From a virus: DNA of 64,000 bases. Below the pieces are notes generated by a model, which saw nothing but the letters and a program-made list of their open reading frames with translations, searched no databases and was not told the DNA's origin. Below are positions 1-9,766 of the stretch, piece by piece. Where the stretch lies: the UHGV virus genome UHGV-1550212. One strand, 5' to 3'. Every line of letters begins with the position of its first letter. Within the stretch, counting starts at the first letter, position 1. Both the position numbers and the translations under genes were made by a program.

Positions 1-200
1 ACAATATGACGTTTGGCTGCATCAATTGTTGCAAATTGCTCACGAGTCTTAAATGCATCAAGCATTGTGCTTATGACATACGCATGCTCACGTTGAATTA
101 TTGTGATATTGATGCCACCAATTGTTGCAGTCCATTGCATTGGCGCAGATAACTGCACATTGACAGATGCATCAATAGACTTGCGCAATGAATCAAACAT
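1..200 (-). CDS. hypothetical protein, partial (N-terminal 66 codons; continues beyond left edge)
   Basis: ATG at 200..198 followed by 66 sense codons with no stop before position 1; absent from ORF track because truncated. Confidence 0.3.
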   Translation of the reverse strand, partial: MFDSLRKSIDASVNVQLSAPMQWTATIGGINITIIQREHAYVISTMLDAFKTREQFATIDAAKRHI

Positions 201-224
201 GGTTGCTTGGGGGTGGGGGGGTCA

Positions 225-734
225 TCATAACATTATGAGTTGTTGACGTGCTTGCATCTGCTCAATGCAATCATCACCTGTTATGCACAAATACTGAGGC
301 AACTTGTCAAGTGAAATGAGCGTGCAAATGTATGGGTCAAAGAACTTATTTGTTGATGCAAGCAAATCGTAAAATAGACATGCTTGTTCTGCATCAAGTC
401 GAGTAACAACAAGTCTATTGTAGCCAGGCGCATCGAAACCACATTTAAGCAAATGTCTACCGACGCGTATGTCATTGCCCATTGTCAATGTTGCTACAAG
501 CATGCTGTCACATTCTACTGCAGGTTCTGAGTAGTGCCAGTTAATTGATGCATACGCAGTTAACACATACATGCCAGCAGTGACGTCCCATTCAGACTCT
601 GCAATAATTGCCCATGTGCGCTTACCATTGTGCTCAATTTCAACAAAATCACCCCTTGTATATGAATCTACAAGCTTTGCAGTTATCAGATACTGCAGTT
701 GTTCTATGCTATTGTATTTGATGCAAGTTTTCAT
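225..734 (-). CDS. hypothetical protein (169 aa)
   Basis: ORF track; no recognisable motif. Confidence 0.45.
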   Translation of the reverse strand: MKTCIKYNSIEQLQYLITAKLVDSYTRGDFVEIEHNGKRTWAIIAESEWDVTAGMYVLTAYASINWHYSEPAVECDSMLVATLTMGNDIRVGRHLLKCGFDAPGYNRLVVTRLDAEQACLFYDLLASTNKFFDPYICTLISLDKLPQYLCITGDDCIEQMQARQQLIML

Positions 735-1029
735 AATCTGTCAATATAAAGCATCGTACAAGTCTTGAAACGAGTCGTCTATGACCCGTCTCAACTCGTA
801 TCATATGCTTGGTGAATAGTGGACCTGCTGCTGTAACACAATGTCTGTCAAGGGCATTTAGTACTTTGTTCATTGCAATCAATGGGTGCAAATGACTATT
901 CGGCCAGCATTCTTCTGCAATGTATGTCAAAATGCCATCGCCATATGACACGACTGCGCATTTGTCTGCAACAAGATGCTTCTTAGCAATCTCTGCAACT
1001 TTCTGTGTAGAACAACACATCACAATCAA
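709..1029 (-). CDS. hypothetical protein (106 aa)
   Basis: ORF track; short start/stop overlaps with both neighbours as in compact phage operons. Confidence 0.35.
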   Translation of the reverse strand: MIVMCCSTQKVAEIAKKHLVADKCAVVSYGDGILTYIAEECWPNSHLHPLIAMNKVLNALDRHCVTAAGPLFTKHMIRVETGHRRLVSRLVRCFILTDYENLHQIQ

Positions 1030-3020
1030 TCATCTGCAGCATCACCATCGAAGCCCATTAGTACTTTGCGTACATGCGCATTGCCGCCGAGCCATGCATT
1101 GATTGCATCCCATGAGTCTTCTTTAGCGACTACTTGTTCGAGTACTGGCGCAGACATAATGTCTTCAAACTCTGTAGAAGTCAATGATGCAAGACCCTTC
1201 TTATGATTGACTTCCCAGTCTTTGCTGCCATTGAATTTGTCTGCGACTTTATTGTAATCATCATAGAAGTAGAACTTTCGCTCTTCACCAGTTTTGCGAT
1301 TGTTGCAAATGATGATTGGCGTGACTACGTTGTACACAAGGCCCATGTCAAATAACTCAGGCCAGAACTTATAGAAGAATAACTGCAGCAATGATGAAAT
1401 GCTGTAGCCATCAACATCAGCATCAGTCAAAATGCAAATCTTGCCATAGCGTAATTTGCGTGGGTCTGCTTTTTCATTGAATCGCAAGCCAAGCGACTGC
1501 ATCAAACCAGCAATTTCAGGCTTTTCTATGAGTTTCTTTGGATTGTCATAGTAGCAATTGCCGATTGACTTACCGCGAATGCAGTAGAAGCCTTGAGTAA
1601 GTGCATTTCGATTGACTCGAATACCTTGTGATGCAGAATCACCTTCTACAATGAATAGCATGCATTCATTACGATTTGTCTTTTGTGCAGCATCTACAAG
1701 TTTATTGACGTGAAACTGCTTTGTCTTGACTTCAAGTTTCTTATTGAGCTCCTTGGCTTCTTTGGCTTTCTCTTTCTCTTCTTCAATCTGTTTCTTGATT
1801 TTGCAGTCCATCAAGATGCGGTCAAGAATTTCAGTTTTTGTCAAGTACTTCTTGAGCTTATCTGAAATGAGAATTGGAAAGCCAAACTTTTGTGTTTTTG
1901 TAGCCAATTTATCTTTGACCTGCGCATCGAATTCAGGATTGGGGATTTTCCACATCGACAAAATTGACATGTGCTTAAATACGTCTTTCTTTGCAGGTTC
2001 AAACCCATATTTGTTTTTGATGTGACTAATCAAAAAGTCTGCGCATACATTCGCGATGAAGTCCATATGCGTGCCATAGTCACATCGAATTGAATTGACT
2101 ATTGCAAAGCTTTCAAAGAAGCCTGCTCTACTTGGACCAATCTCAAAACTGTAGTTTTCGTTTTCATCACCACGAAATTCTTGAGTATGTTCCCATAAGT
2201 CTTTGTATTCCCAGAAGTGTTTGAACTTGAACTCATAGTTTTCACCAGTGACTTCATTGTGCCATTCAACTACAAGTGGATTGTTTACATCGCAGCCCAT
2301 AACTGCGACTTCAATTGCTCGTGATAGCCACTTGTCTACAGTGTCATCTGGAATGTGGTCAAGCGGAGCTGCGTTAATCCACTCCCATCTGCCAAGGTCA
2401 AGATGAGCTTCGATGTATGTAAAATGTTCAGACTTACGGCATTTGCTGACTTTTGCCTCATCATGTCGCCCCATGTTGTCATACCAGCAAATTTCAAGTT
2501 TTTTGCCATCTTTTGCTGTAATGACTTTGAATGACTTAGACATCACATTGACAAGTGACGCGCCAAGACCATTTGTGCCAGACAATGCGCCGCGGTCAGC
2601 AACAAAATTTGAACCAGACCTCAATGAGCCAAATACCATCTGCGGTATGTACTCATTGTACTCTGGATGCATCACTACAGGAATGCCACCGTTGTCCCAT
2701 ACTGCAAGCTTGCCTGTTTTTGGGTTGACTGTGACAGATATGCGATTGACTACTTCTTGTGCATGACTTTGAATGTTACGTTGACGCTCATCAAAACTAT
2801 TATTGATGCACTCATTAAACATTGTATTCAAGCCAATTGACTGATATGTGTCATAGACACGTCGAATCGGTCTTTCAGCATCTTCATATGGACGATACAA
2901 CTCACATTCTTGTTCCGCAAGAAATTCAAGCGAACCTATGTACATGCCGGGCTTCAGTAGACAATGCTCGCGCGATGAAAGTTTTTTGAATTTTTCTGTC
3001 AGAGTGTTTATGTCAGACAT
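1026..3020 (-). CDS. type II DNA topoisomerase, ATPase + Toprim subunit (GyrB / T4 gp39-gp60-like)
   Basis: Bergerat ATPase N-box GLNTMFNECINNSFDE; Toprim motifs LFIVEGDSASQG and ILTDADVDG; likely start is ATG at 3020 (MSDINTL). Confidence 0.8.
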   Translation of the reverse strand: MSDINTLTEKFKKLSSREHCLLKPGMYIGSLEFLAEQECELYRPYEDAERPIRRVYDTYQSIGLNTMFNECINNSFDERQRNIQSHAQEVVNRISVTVNPKTGKLAVWDNGGIPVVMHPEYNEYIPQMVFGSLRSGSNFVADRGALSGTNGLGASLVNVMSKSFKVITAKDGKKLEICWYDNMGRHDEAKVSKCRKSEHFTYIEAHLDLGRWEWINAAPLDHIPDDTVDKWLSRAIEVAVMGCDVNNPLVVEWHNEVTGENYEFKFKHFWEYKDLWEHTQEFRGDENENYSFEIGPSRAGFFESFAIVNSIRCDYGTHMDFIANVCADFLISHIKNKYGFEPAKKDVFKHMSILSMWKIPNPEFDAQVKDKLATKTQKFGFPILISDKLKKYLTKTEILDRILMDCKIKKQIEEEKEKAKEAKELNKKLEVKTKQFHVNKLVDAAQKTNRNECMLFIVEGDSASQGIRVNRNALTQGFYCIRGKSIGNCYYDNPKKLIEKPEIAGLMQSLGLRFNEKADPRKLRYGKICILTDADVDGYSISSLLQLFFYKFWPELFDMGLVYNVVTPIIICNNRKTGEERKFYFYDDYNKVADKFNGSKDWEVNHKKGLASLTSTEFEDIMSAPVLEQVVAKEDSWDAINAWLGGNAHVRKVLMGFDGDAADD

Positions 3021-3051
3021 GTCTGTAAATTGAGATGTTTGTATATGTATA

Positions 3052-3059
3052 TTGTACAA
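3052..3059 (-). promoter_or_regulatory. TTGTACAA palindromic promoter-associated motif about 30 nt upstream of topoisomerase start
   Basis: same palindrome followed by AT-rich tract recurs upstream of many minus-strand genes. Confidence 0.4.
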
Positions 3060-3207
3060 CAAGAATGCAAAACTTGCACTGAAAATATACACATTTTCAC
3101 ATAACAGCAAGCATAATGCCAAGCAGCACTGCAAGACATATCAAACCTATGCCAAGAACAATAAAGTCCAGCATAGAATACGTGTCATTAGACTGTTTCA
3201 TAAGTAG

Positions 3208-4134
3208 TTATCGCAATTGATTCTTTGCAATGAATGCATTGATGTGCTCTGGCTTGCATACAGCACGATAGTAGAGTTCAAATACTCGTTTAGCAGATGG
3301 CAATTTGCATGCAGTCAAATCTTTATTTTGCATTATAACACCAGTGATGTACTTAATGTCATGTCGTTCAATGTCTGAACAATTATGCTTTGCAGCAAAT
3401 TCAAATGCTTGCTTGATAATTTTTGAACATTCTGCTGTGGTGCATTGCTGAAACGCTATGCAAAACTCTGCATAAGTGCTGCAGTCATTTTGCAGATGTA
3501 ATGCAACAGATGATTTCAACATTGATTCTGTTAAGTACTTTGGCAGCTTGCACAAAATTTTGACGTACTTGCACTTGTCATCTGTCACATGCACGTAGCC
3601 AGACACTGCAAGCATTCTAACATATCGAACAAGTTCTCTATGCTGTAGTGCTGTGCGCAGTATGACATTATTTTGCAGCAAAATTTCATTGTCAACTGTG
3701 CAGTTAAGTGGCAATGTGTTGTATGCTACTTTAAGATACGATAGCTTCGTTAATTGTTGTAAGCCATCATAGCCAACAAAATCTGCTGGCACAATCAGTG
3801 GCAGACTGCAAACGACTTGTCGATTATTTCTGTCAACAATTGTGATTGCTGGGTTTTGCAAGTCAAGCACAGATTTTGAGCAAAACACTTGCATGACACC
3901 TTGAACTGTGACAAATCCGAAGTTCTTGCACAATTGCATATTGCATGTACGAGCTTCTGCTGCGCTAATTGTTGCAATGGGCAACTGTTTGTCGCTACGC
4001 ACATGCATTGGAGCTGGCCATATTGGGTCAGCTCTCAATACAAGCACATGTTTATTGCAGTCATATATTGCAGCAAAATCTGCAAGATTGCTGATGTATC
4101 TTAAAGTAGTGTTACAAATCCCATTCATATGCAT
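3208..4134 (-). CDS. hypothetical protein
   Basis: ORF track 3208..4350; in-frame ATGs at 4134 and 4128 avoid long overlap with upstream gene. Confidence 0.45.
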   Translation of the reverse strand: MHMNGICNTTLRYISNLADFAAIYDCNKHVLVLRADPIWPAPMHVRSDKQLPIATISAAEARTCNMQLCKNFGFVTVQGVMQVFCSKSVLDLQNPAITIVDRNNRQVVCSLPLIVPADFVGYDGLQQLTKLSYLKVAYNTLPLNCTVDNEILLQNNVILRTALQHRELVRYVRMLAVSGYVHVTDDKCKYVKILCKLPKYLTESMLKSSVALHLQNDCSTYAEFCIAFQQCTTAECSKIIKQAFEFAAKHNCSDIERHDIKYITGVIMQNKDLTACKLPSAKRVFELYYRAVCKPEHINAFIAKNQLR

Positions 4135-4945
4135 TGTCTTGTACAGGTCCACTAATTTGAACATCGAGGCCAAAGCGCTCAAGATAGCCATCGCAGAAAT
4201 CAAGCCCATATTTGTTGCACTGTCTGAATGCATACTGGAACTTATCCAAGATTGCCCATAGATAAGGCTTTGAGCCTTCTGTGGGATATCCGCCCTTTCT
4301 GTAATGCCACCAGCGCATGATATCATGAAACTCCCAATCTTCTGCTTCACATTCTACTGTAAAGCAGTCATGATATTTTGCCATCTGAGGCCAGAGTTCA
4401 GTATTGATGCGTTGACGAGTTGCTGCGCAGTCATCAAGCAACTCAAGAAACTCTTCAGGCGCATCAATCATGGGCAGATTTGCTTCATTGACATCTATTT
4501 CTGCATCATTCGACAGCAGCTTTGTGATACGACCATTATGCTCCGCAATGTCCTCATAGACTTTTTTGCGCGTAGCATCCATAGTCGCAGTCCACTTCGT
4601 GCCCTCTTCAATTTTCGGAAGTTGCTTGTCTTTGTTTTCATTCCATTCAGGTGACTGGTCGAATATTGCCTTGCGACGAATATCGACAAGCTCCAAAAAG
4701 AAGGGCTTCGTCAACATAACAGTGTCACCCAGAATTTCTTTTGCTTGTTCAAAGCCCTCAATTTTGATTGAGTCTGCTGCAGCACAAATCTGCTCCTGAA
4801 TTTTGTCTGCAGCTTCAAGAATGATGCGAGCTTTTGTTTTGATGTCGTAAGATGCAGAATGTAAGCCAAGCTGCTCTGCAATTTCTACGGAATTTTGAAG
4901 ACGAGCCTGCATGGCTTCTTCATTGTTCTTCTTTCCTCGTGCCAT
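4112..4945 (-). CDS. hypothetical acidic protein (277 aa)
   Basis: ORF track; no motif recognised. Confidence 0.5.
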   Translation of the reverse strand: MARGKKNNEEAMQARLQNSVEIAEQLGLHSASYDIKTKARIILEAADKIQEQICAAADSIKIEGFEQAKEILGDTVMLTKPFFLELVDIRRKAIFDQSPEWNENKDKQLPKIEEGTKWTATMDATRKKVYEDIAEHNGRITKLLSNDAEIDVNEANLPMIDAPEEFLELLDDCAATRQRINTELWPQMAKYHDCFTVECEAEDWEFHDIMRWWHYRKGGYPTEGSKPYLWAILDKFQYAFRQCNKYGLDFCDGYLERFGLDVQISGPVQDNAYEWDL

Positions 4946-4960
4946 AATGTTATTGTTTTG

Positions 4961-5209
4961 CTATATGAGACTTGTTATGACTTCAAGCACATGTTCTTTT
5001 GAATAGCACTTATCAAACTTATGCTTGAAGTCAAATAGTGACTCAAGCTTTGTTAAGTACCATTGATTGTCATACTTGAACCAGACTCGAGCATTTGCCG
5101 AACATATTGCATGCATTGCAGCATTCTGGTCTTCTTCAGGATTACGCCACTTAGACCCAAAGTGATATTGCAATGTAATGCCGCATTTATGAATTTCGTG
5201 CAATTTCAT
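4961..5209 (-). CDS. hypothetical protein (82 aa)
   Basis: ORF track. Confidence 0.35.
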   Translation of the reverse strand: MKLHEIHKCGITLQYHFGSKWRNPEEDQNAAMHAICSANARVWFKYDNQWYLTKLESLFDFKHKFDKCYSKEHVLEVITSLI

Positions 5210-5218
5210 GTGTACTTG

Positions 5219-5473
5219 CTAAAATGTTAACTGTAATGACTTGATATTGCTGCATTCGATTTTTAACATGGCCAACTTGTCATGTGCAGCCATTGCGTCA
5301 TATTTGATGTTTGCAATTTCGAGCTTTTGTGCAATTTTGTATGCAGTGGCAGCATCAGTAGATATGCAGATGCAATTGCCAATGACTATATTTGCTGCAT
5401 CTGTTATGTTAACTTTGCATGCATTATCATTGTTATCAATGACTTCGATGCATTTGATTGAGTTAAAGTCCAT
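5219..5473 (-). CDS. hypothetical protein (84 aa)
   Basis: ORF track; ATG at 5473; TATAAATA on coding strand about 33 nt upstream. Confidence 0.4.
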   Translation of the reverse strand: MDFNSIKCIEVIDNNDNACKVNITDAANIVIGNCICISTDAATAYKIAQKLEIANIKYDAMAAHDKLAMLKIECSNIKSLQLTF

Positions 5474-5505
5474 ATTGCAGAGGTTTAGTATATTTGACTC
5501 TATAT

Positions 5506-5513
5506 TATTTATA
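5506..5513 (-). promoter_or_regulatory. T4-type late-promoter-like box (TATAAATA on minus strand)
   Basis: plus strand reads tatttata; embedded in a ~40-nt block shared with the region upstream of gene 19686..20558. Confidence 0.35.
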
Positions 5514-5677
5514 GATTAATACTACACACTTGCAGATTTTGCACTTAATTGATAAATAATTTGTAAACATTTTCACAAACTTTTAACAGCTCTTTCGCTT
5601 ATGAAAACTACTCAACTCTGGTTTGAACGCCAGCAGTCAATCGCGGGGGGGCTCTTCGTGCTCCTGATTACATAGAT

Positions 5678-6370
5678 GTGCGGTTTACGCTCGTAGATGA
5701 TATGAGCATACATTGTGCATATATGCCAAACATATATGTGTTTGCTGATGGCAATGAGTATGCAATATCTCCAATAGGTTCACAATCACTTGATTATGAC
5801 GGCTCATGTATTGTACGTATTACCAAGTCAGACTGGATTGAAATGTTTGGCGCTGGTGTTACACAAGGCAGACTTAAATTTGGCTATGGTACAAATGAGC
5901 TTGAATTTTGTGAATTGATAAGCACTGCAACTGCTGAAGTCAAATTCGTTATTGGTTATGAGCAAAACCAGTCTGTCACTGCAACATTTAGTGATTTGCT
6001 GCATAATCCACTTGTCGCAACAAACAACAATTCTGCACAAGCAACAATTACATATACATTTAGTCATGCGACATTTAGAACAGCAGCATTTACGATTATC
6101 GGTAATGTGACATTTATTCCAGGCGGTGATGTAAGTAAAACAGCTATAATTCTTGCGCCTAATTATAGTATAACAATTAAGTACACTACGTCATCAACGC
6201 CAAAACTATTTGAGCATTCAATGACATTTGAGCGTAACAATGAAATGCTTGAGTATGTTGGCACTGAAGTAGACAGACATGCGTATTGTCAAATGAGACG
6301 TAGAACTACGGGCTCAACTGTATATTGTCATGTGTATATTGATGATAGCATGCTTAATATGATGGATTGA
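5678..6370 (+). CDS. hypothetical Thr/Ser-rich protein (230 aa; non-ATG start in track, first ATG near 5702)
   Basis: ORF track; plus-strand gene in a minus-strand context, preceded by a G7 run. Confidence 0.4.
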   Translation: MRFTLVDDMSIHCAYMPNIYVFADGNEYAISPIGSQSLDYDGSCIVRITKSDWIEMFGAGVTQGRLKFGYGTNELEFCELISTATAEVKFVIGYEQNQSVTATFSDLLHNPLVATNNNSAQATITYTFSHATFRTAAFTIIGNVTFIPGGDVSKTAIILAPNYSITIKYTTSSTPKLFEHSMTFERNNEMLEYVGTEVDRHAYCQMRRRTTGSTVYCHVYIDDSMLNMMD

Positions 6371-6390
6371 TAGTTGTAATATTGCGCAAA

Positions 6391-6425
6391 AAGAAAGCCG
6401 AACTGAATTTCAGTTCGGCTTTCTT
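6391..6425. terminator. bidirectional rho-independent terminator hairpin
   Basis: perfect 15-bp stem aagaaagccgaactg / cagttcggctttctt with 5-nt loop, A-run before and T-run after; between convergent genes. Confidence 0.6.
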
Positions 6426-6446
6426 TTTGCATACGCTTATGCTATG

Positions 6447-9400
6447 TTAGAACAGAGCAATGATGTTGTCGACAAACATAAAGCATGCATGCAGCAATTC
6501 AGCTGTCGGCATCATCTCATATGCTTTGCCATCATACATGAATCGCACAGTGACAATGGGTGACACTTCATCTTTGAATGCAAGCACAGGAACATCTACA
6601 CCTGCAGTCAATTGCACTTCAACATCCTTGTCAGCTGCTACATCTTTAGCAATCACTGTAATATCTCGACAACGACCAGCAGCTACTGCATATCTAACAT
6701 TTGTCAATGTAGCAGACATGTCAGCAAGAGCTTGCATGATTTGTTGCTGAGTAAATTGCTCAACTGACTTCTTTGCAGCCTTGACAGCTTCGATATCTTG
6801 TGTGTTTGCAAGAATCAATGCTACCACTGCAGGGTCAGAAGTAGTCCACCAACGACCATCAATTGCAAGCCACAGTCGATTGCCATTGACGTCAATTGCA
6901 TATGCATATTGAGTGTTTGGCGCCAATGCGACTTTTCGAGTGTTCTTTAAGAACTCTGCCGCATCAGGAGCCGCAACAATGTTCTTGACAAATGACGGCA
7001 GCATTTCAGCTTCAAATGTTTGTGTAGCTTCAAAGACACCGCCATGTGCATCGTCATCAATTCTGCCTGCAAAGCGTTTGCAGATTTGAATGATTGTAGC
7101 CATGCCTACCGTTGAAACGACTTGACGTTTCATTGCAGGCATTTGCAGAGGCATTGTATCTTGCGCAATGTACAATGATGTCGTATTAATAGTGTCAAGT
7201 ACTCGTGCAATGTCTGCAGTATCAACAATTACAAACCAGTCGCCGTCATGGCAGACAATAAGTTGCTTGCTGTCATTTGCATATGTCAGCAATACTGCAA
7301 TGTCATTTTTGATTGAGATTGCAGGAATCCATGCTTGTTGCAGAGGTAAGTCAAGATTTGGTGTGCCGCATGGATAAAGCGCAGATGGCTGCATAATTGA
7401 GCGGCAATCAAAACCTATTGAACTTACAAGCTGCAGAACTTCGCCACGAATGCAAGCATTACTTTGATTCTGTGTCATGTCATATGCAAGCCAACTGCAA
7501 ATTGCTTTGATTGATGACACTGGAAATGCTACGCCAATTGTGCTGTATGCAATCTTGCCGTCTGCTGACAATGACTCATCAACTGCAATGCCAGCATCAT
7601 TGAACAATGACATATCAATTGAACAATGGAATTCGCCACCAGGCATTGGACCTGCAGCAATGCCATAGCCAGGACCAAGTGACAGCCATTCTTTCATTGC
7701 ATCTGAATTGTATGACGAGAACTTGTACAACACGTATGACTTATGCGGGTCACTAACTGACTTGCGAATCTCCATCTTGGCGCCTGCTTTCTTTGCAATT
7801 GCTTTAATGTTATCGGCGTGCTTCTTTGCCTCAGACTTATCAAATTTGCCTTCATCAAGTTGAGCAATCTTGCCAAGCGCATAAGCAGTCCATGCAATTG
7901 ACAATTGATTCAGCGCGCCAACTTCTGACCACGACTTTTCTGCAAACCATGAGCCAAGACCAGATTTGTCAAGAGTTTCTTTGCGTTCAGCTTTTGTTGC
8001 AGCATCCCACCACTTGCCTGTTGCAGGCAACACAACGTCTTTGATTTGCTCCTTGCGAAGCTCATTGACACCGATTTTGCCCTCATGAACATGCGCATTT
8101 GCATGATATGCTCTAAGAGCAGCCAATGCAGCATCATATGAGTCATAGTCTTGCGGCCAGAATTCCCCATTCTTGCCAATGATGCCCCATACGCCCTTTG
8201 ACTTTTCTTGTATGACAGAATCTTTGTCACCGGCAGCTTCATTGACAAATGCTGTGTTAAGATACGCAATGACATGCTGAAGCTCTTTGTCATCTGCAGA
8301 CTCATTGACATTCTTAGCGTAATCACCAAGAATTGATTCAACTTTGCCACGCAAATTGCTTGGCATATCATCAAGGTCAAGATTGCCATACTTCGTGACT
8401 TCTGGTTGAGACAATCCAAGCAATTTCAACACCTTATCACGGTACTTGTTTGCGAGCTTCTTCCAAATCCAGCGGAATGTTACAGCGCCAATCAGAAATT
8501 TGATGAGGCCCTCATCAAGTACATGCTGTTCACGCAAATATGACGTAATGCATGAACGTTGACCATCAGTCAAGTCAACCCACATTTTATCAAGCAATAT
8601 TGAATCTGGGTTGCTTGCAATGCCAGCACCACTGCGGTTGTACACATTCATTCTGTCAATTGCTGGTGTTGCGTCATTGTCCCACCAAGCTTGTGCATAT
8701 GAACATCCAGCAGGATTTGAGATTGCCTCATTAATGTACATGACATTGAAGATTTCGCAAAGACGCTTGCGGCATTCATGTGACATAACTTGCCATTGTT
8801 CGGCAATTTTGTCTTCTGACCACTGCAGCAACATGTCTGCAAATTCTTTACCTGCGCATTGCTCAACTACACCATGTTTTGAACGCCAATAATTGTCAGG
8901 CTCAATCTGCGCAATTGCATGAACAAATGAAGTCAGATTGTATGACGCAGATTCGCAAATGCAATGCTGTTCAATGTAGCTACGAACAGCAAGTGCAGTG
9001 TCTTCCGGCAAGTTGCTATATGGTGACTCATAGATGTTTGCTTGCTGATTGAGCATATGTGGAGCAACTTCTGCAATGATTTGCTTGCGAACATTCAATG
9101 GCCATGCATTCCATGAAGATTCTACAGATTCATCAAGATGCATGCCAATTGCATCCATAACTGCATCAGCATCTTTGCCCAACAGTTCGTCAAACAATTT
9201 GTCTACTACTGCAGTGTCATATCGCAAATTTGGCTGAGCTTTTGCAAGAGCATTCATCATTGCTTTGCGTTCTTGTTTTGACGCATTGTTCCATGTGCCA
9301 GCATACAATTCTGCTGTCGCGCTTTCACAGACAATATCTGCAGCAGCATATGCTTGCTTCATAATGTCCATGAAGATTGACTTCATTTTTGGATGCATCA

Positions 9401-9653
9401 CATGATACTTTTCATTGTAGATGTCAAGTACGCCATAAACATCTTTCAATGGTCGAATGCTTTCTGATGAGCCGAATGATGGCTTCAAAATTGAATTGCA
9501 TACACGTTCAACGGTGCCACGCATAAACTTGACATCACTTCGCTTGTCACTGATAGACATAAATGCATCAATGACAGACTTGATGGTGTCATCTGCAGCT
9601 TCATTAACAAAGCCTACTGGTCGACCGCCAAACTTGTTTGTTTGTGTTGTCAT
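6447..9653 (-). CDS. large hypothetical protein (1068 aa), candidate virion/internal head protein
   Basis: ORF track; N-terminus MTTQTNKFGGRPVGFVNE-AADD resembles a cleavable targeting peptide; second FVNE and a YINE inside. Confidence 0.5.
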   Translation of the reverse strand: MTTQTNKFGGRPVGFVNEAADDTIKSVIDAFMSISDKRSDVKFMRGTVERVCNSILKPSFGSSESIRPLKDVYGVLDIYNEKYHVMHPKMKSIFMDIMKQAYAAADIVCESATAELYAGTWNNASKQERKAMMNALAKAQPNLRYDTAVVDKLFDELLGKDADAVMDAIGMHLDESVESSWNAWPLNVRKQIIAEVAPHMLNQQANIYESPYSNLPEDTALAVRSYIEQHCICESASYNLTSFVHAIAQIEPDNYWRSKHGVVEQCAGKEFADMLLQWSEDKIAEQWQVMSHECRKRLCEIFNVMYINEAISNPAGCSYAQAWWDNDATPAIDRMNVYNRSGAGIASNPDSILLDKMWVDLTDGQRSCITSYLREQHVLDEGLIKFLIGAVTFRWIWKKLANKYRDKVLKLLGLSQPEVTKYGNLDLDDMPSNLRGKVESILGDYAKNVNESADDKELQHVIAYLNTAFVNEAAGDKDSVIQEKSKGVWGIIGKNGEFWPQDYDSYDAALAALRAYHANAHVHEGKIGVNELRKEQIKDVVLPATGKWWDAATKAERKETLDKSGLGSWFAEKSWSEVGALNQLSIAWTAYALGKIAQLDEGKFDKSEAKKHADNIKAIAKKAGAKMEIRKSVSDPHKSYVLYKFSSYNSDAMKEWLSLGPGYGIAAGPMPGGEFHCSIDMSLFNDAGIAVDESLSADGKIAYSTIGVAFPVSSIKAICSWLAYDMTQNQSNACIRGEVLQLVSSIGFDCRSIMQPSALYPCGTPNLDLPLQQAWIPAISIKNDIAVLLTYANDSKQLIVCHDGDWFVIVDTADIARVLDTINTTSLYIAQDTMPLQMPAMKRQVVSTVGMATIIQICKRFAGRIDDDAHGGVFEATQTFEAEMLPSFVKNIVAAPDAAEFLKNTRKVALAPNTQYAYAIDVNGNRLWLAIDGRWWTTSDPAVVALILANTQDIEAVKAAKKSVEQFTQQQIMQALADMSATLTNVRYAVAAGRCRDITVIAKDVAADKDVEVQLTAGVDVPVLAFKDEVSPIVTVRFMYDGKAYEMMPTAELLHACFMFVDNIIALF

Positions 9654-9712
9654 ATATCAACTATTTTGATTGTCAATCAATTGATTTGTTTGTTATATGT
9701 ATGCAACAATGC

Positions 9713-9748
9713 AAAATGAACCTGCAAATTTCTTCGCAGGTTCATTTT
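9713..9748 (-). terminator. terminator hairpin downstream of nrdJ
   Basis: 13-bp stem aaaatgaacctgc / gcaggttcatttt with flanking T-run on the transcribed strand. Confidence 0.5.
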
Positions 9749-9766
9749 TGAGCATGTCATGCAATA

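Noticed and set aside
7910-8419. 169-aa minus-strand ORF in an alternative frame
   Set aside because: Lies entirely inside the 1068-aa gene in another frame; Met/Leu-rich composition typical of off-frame translation
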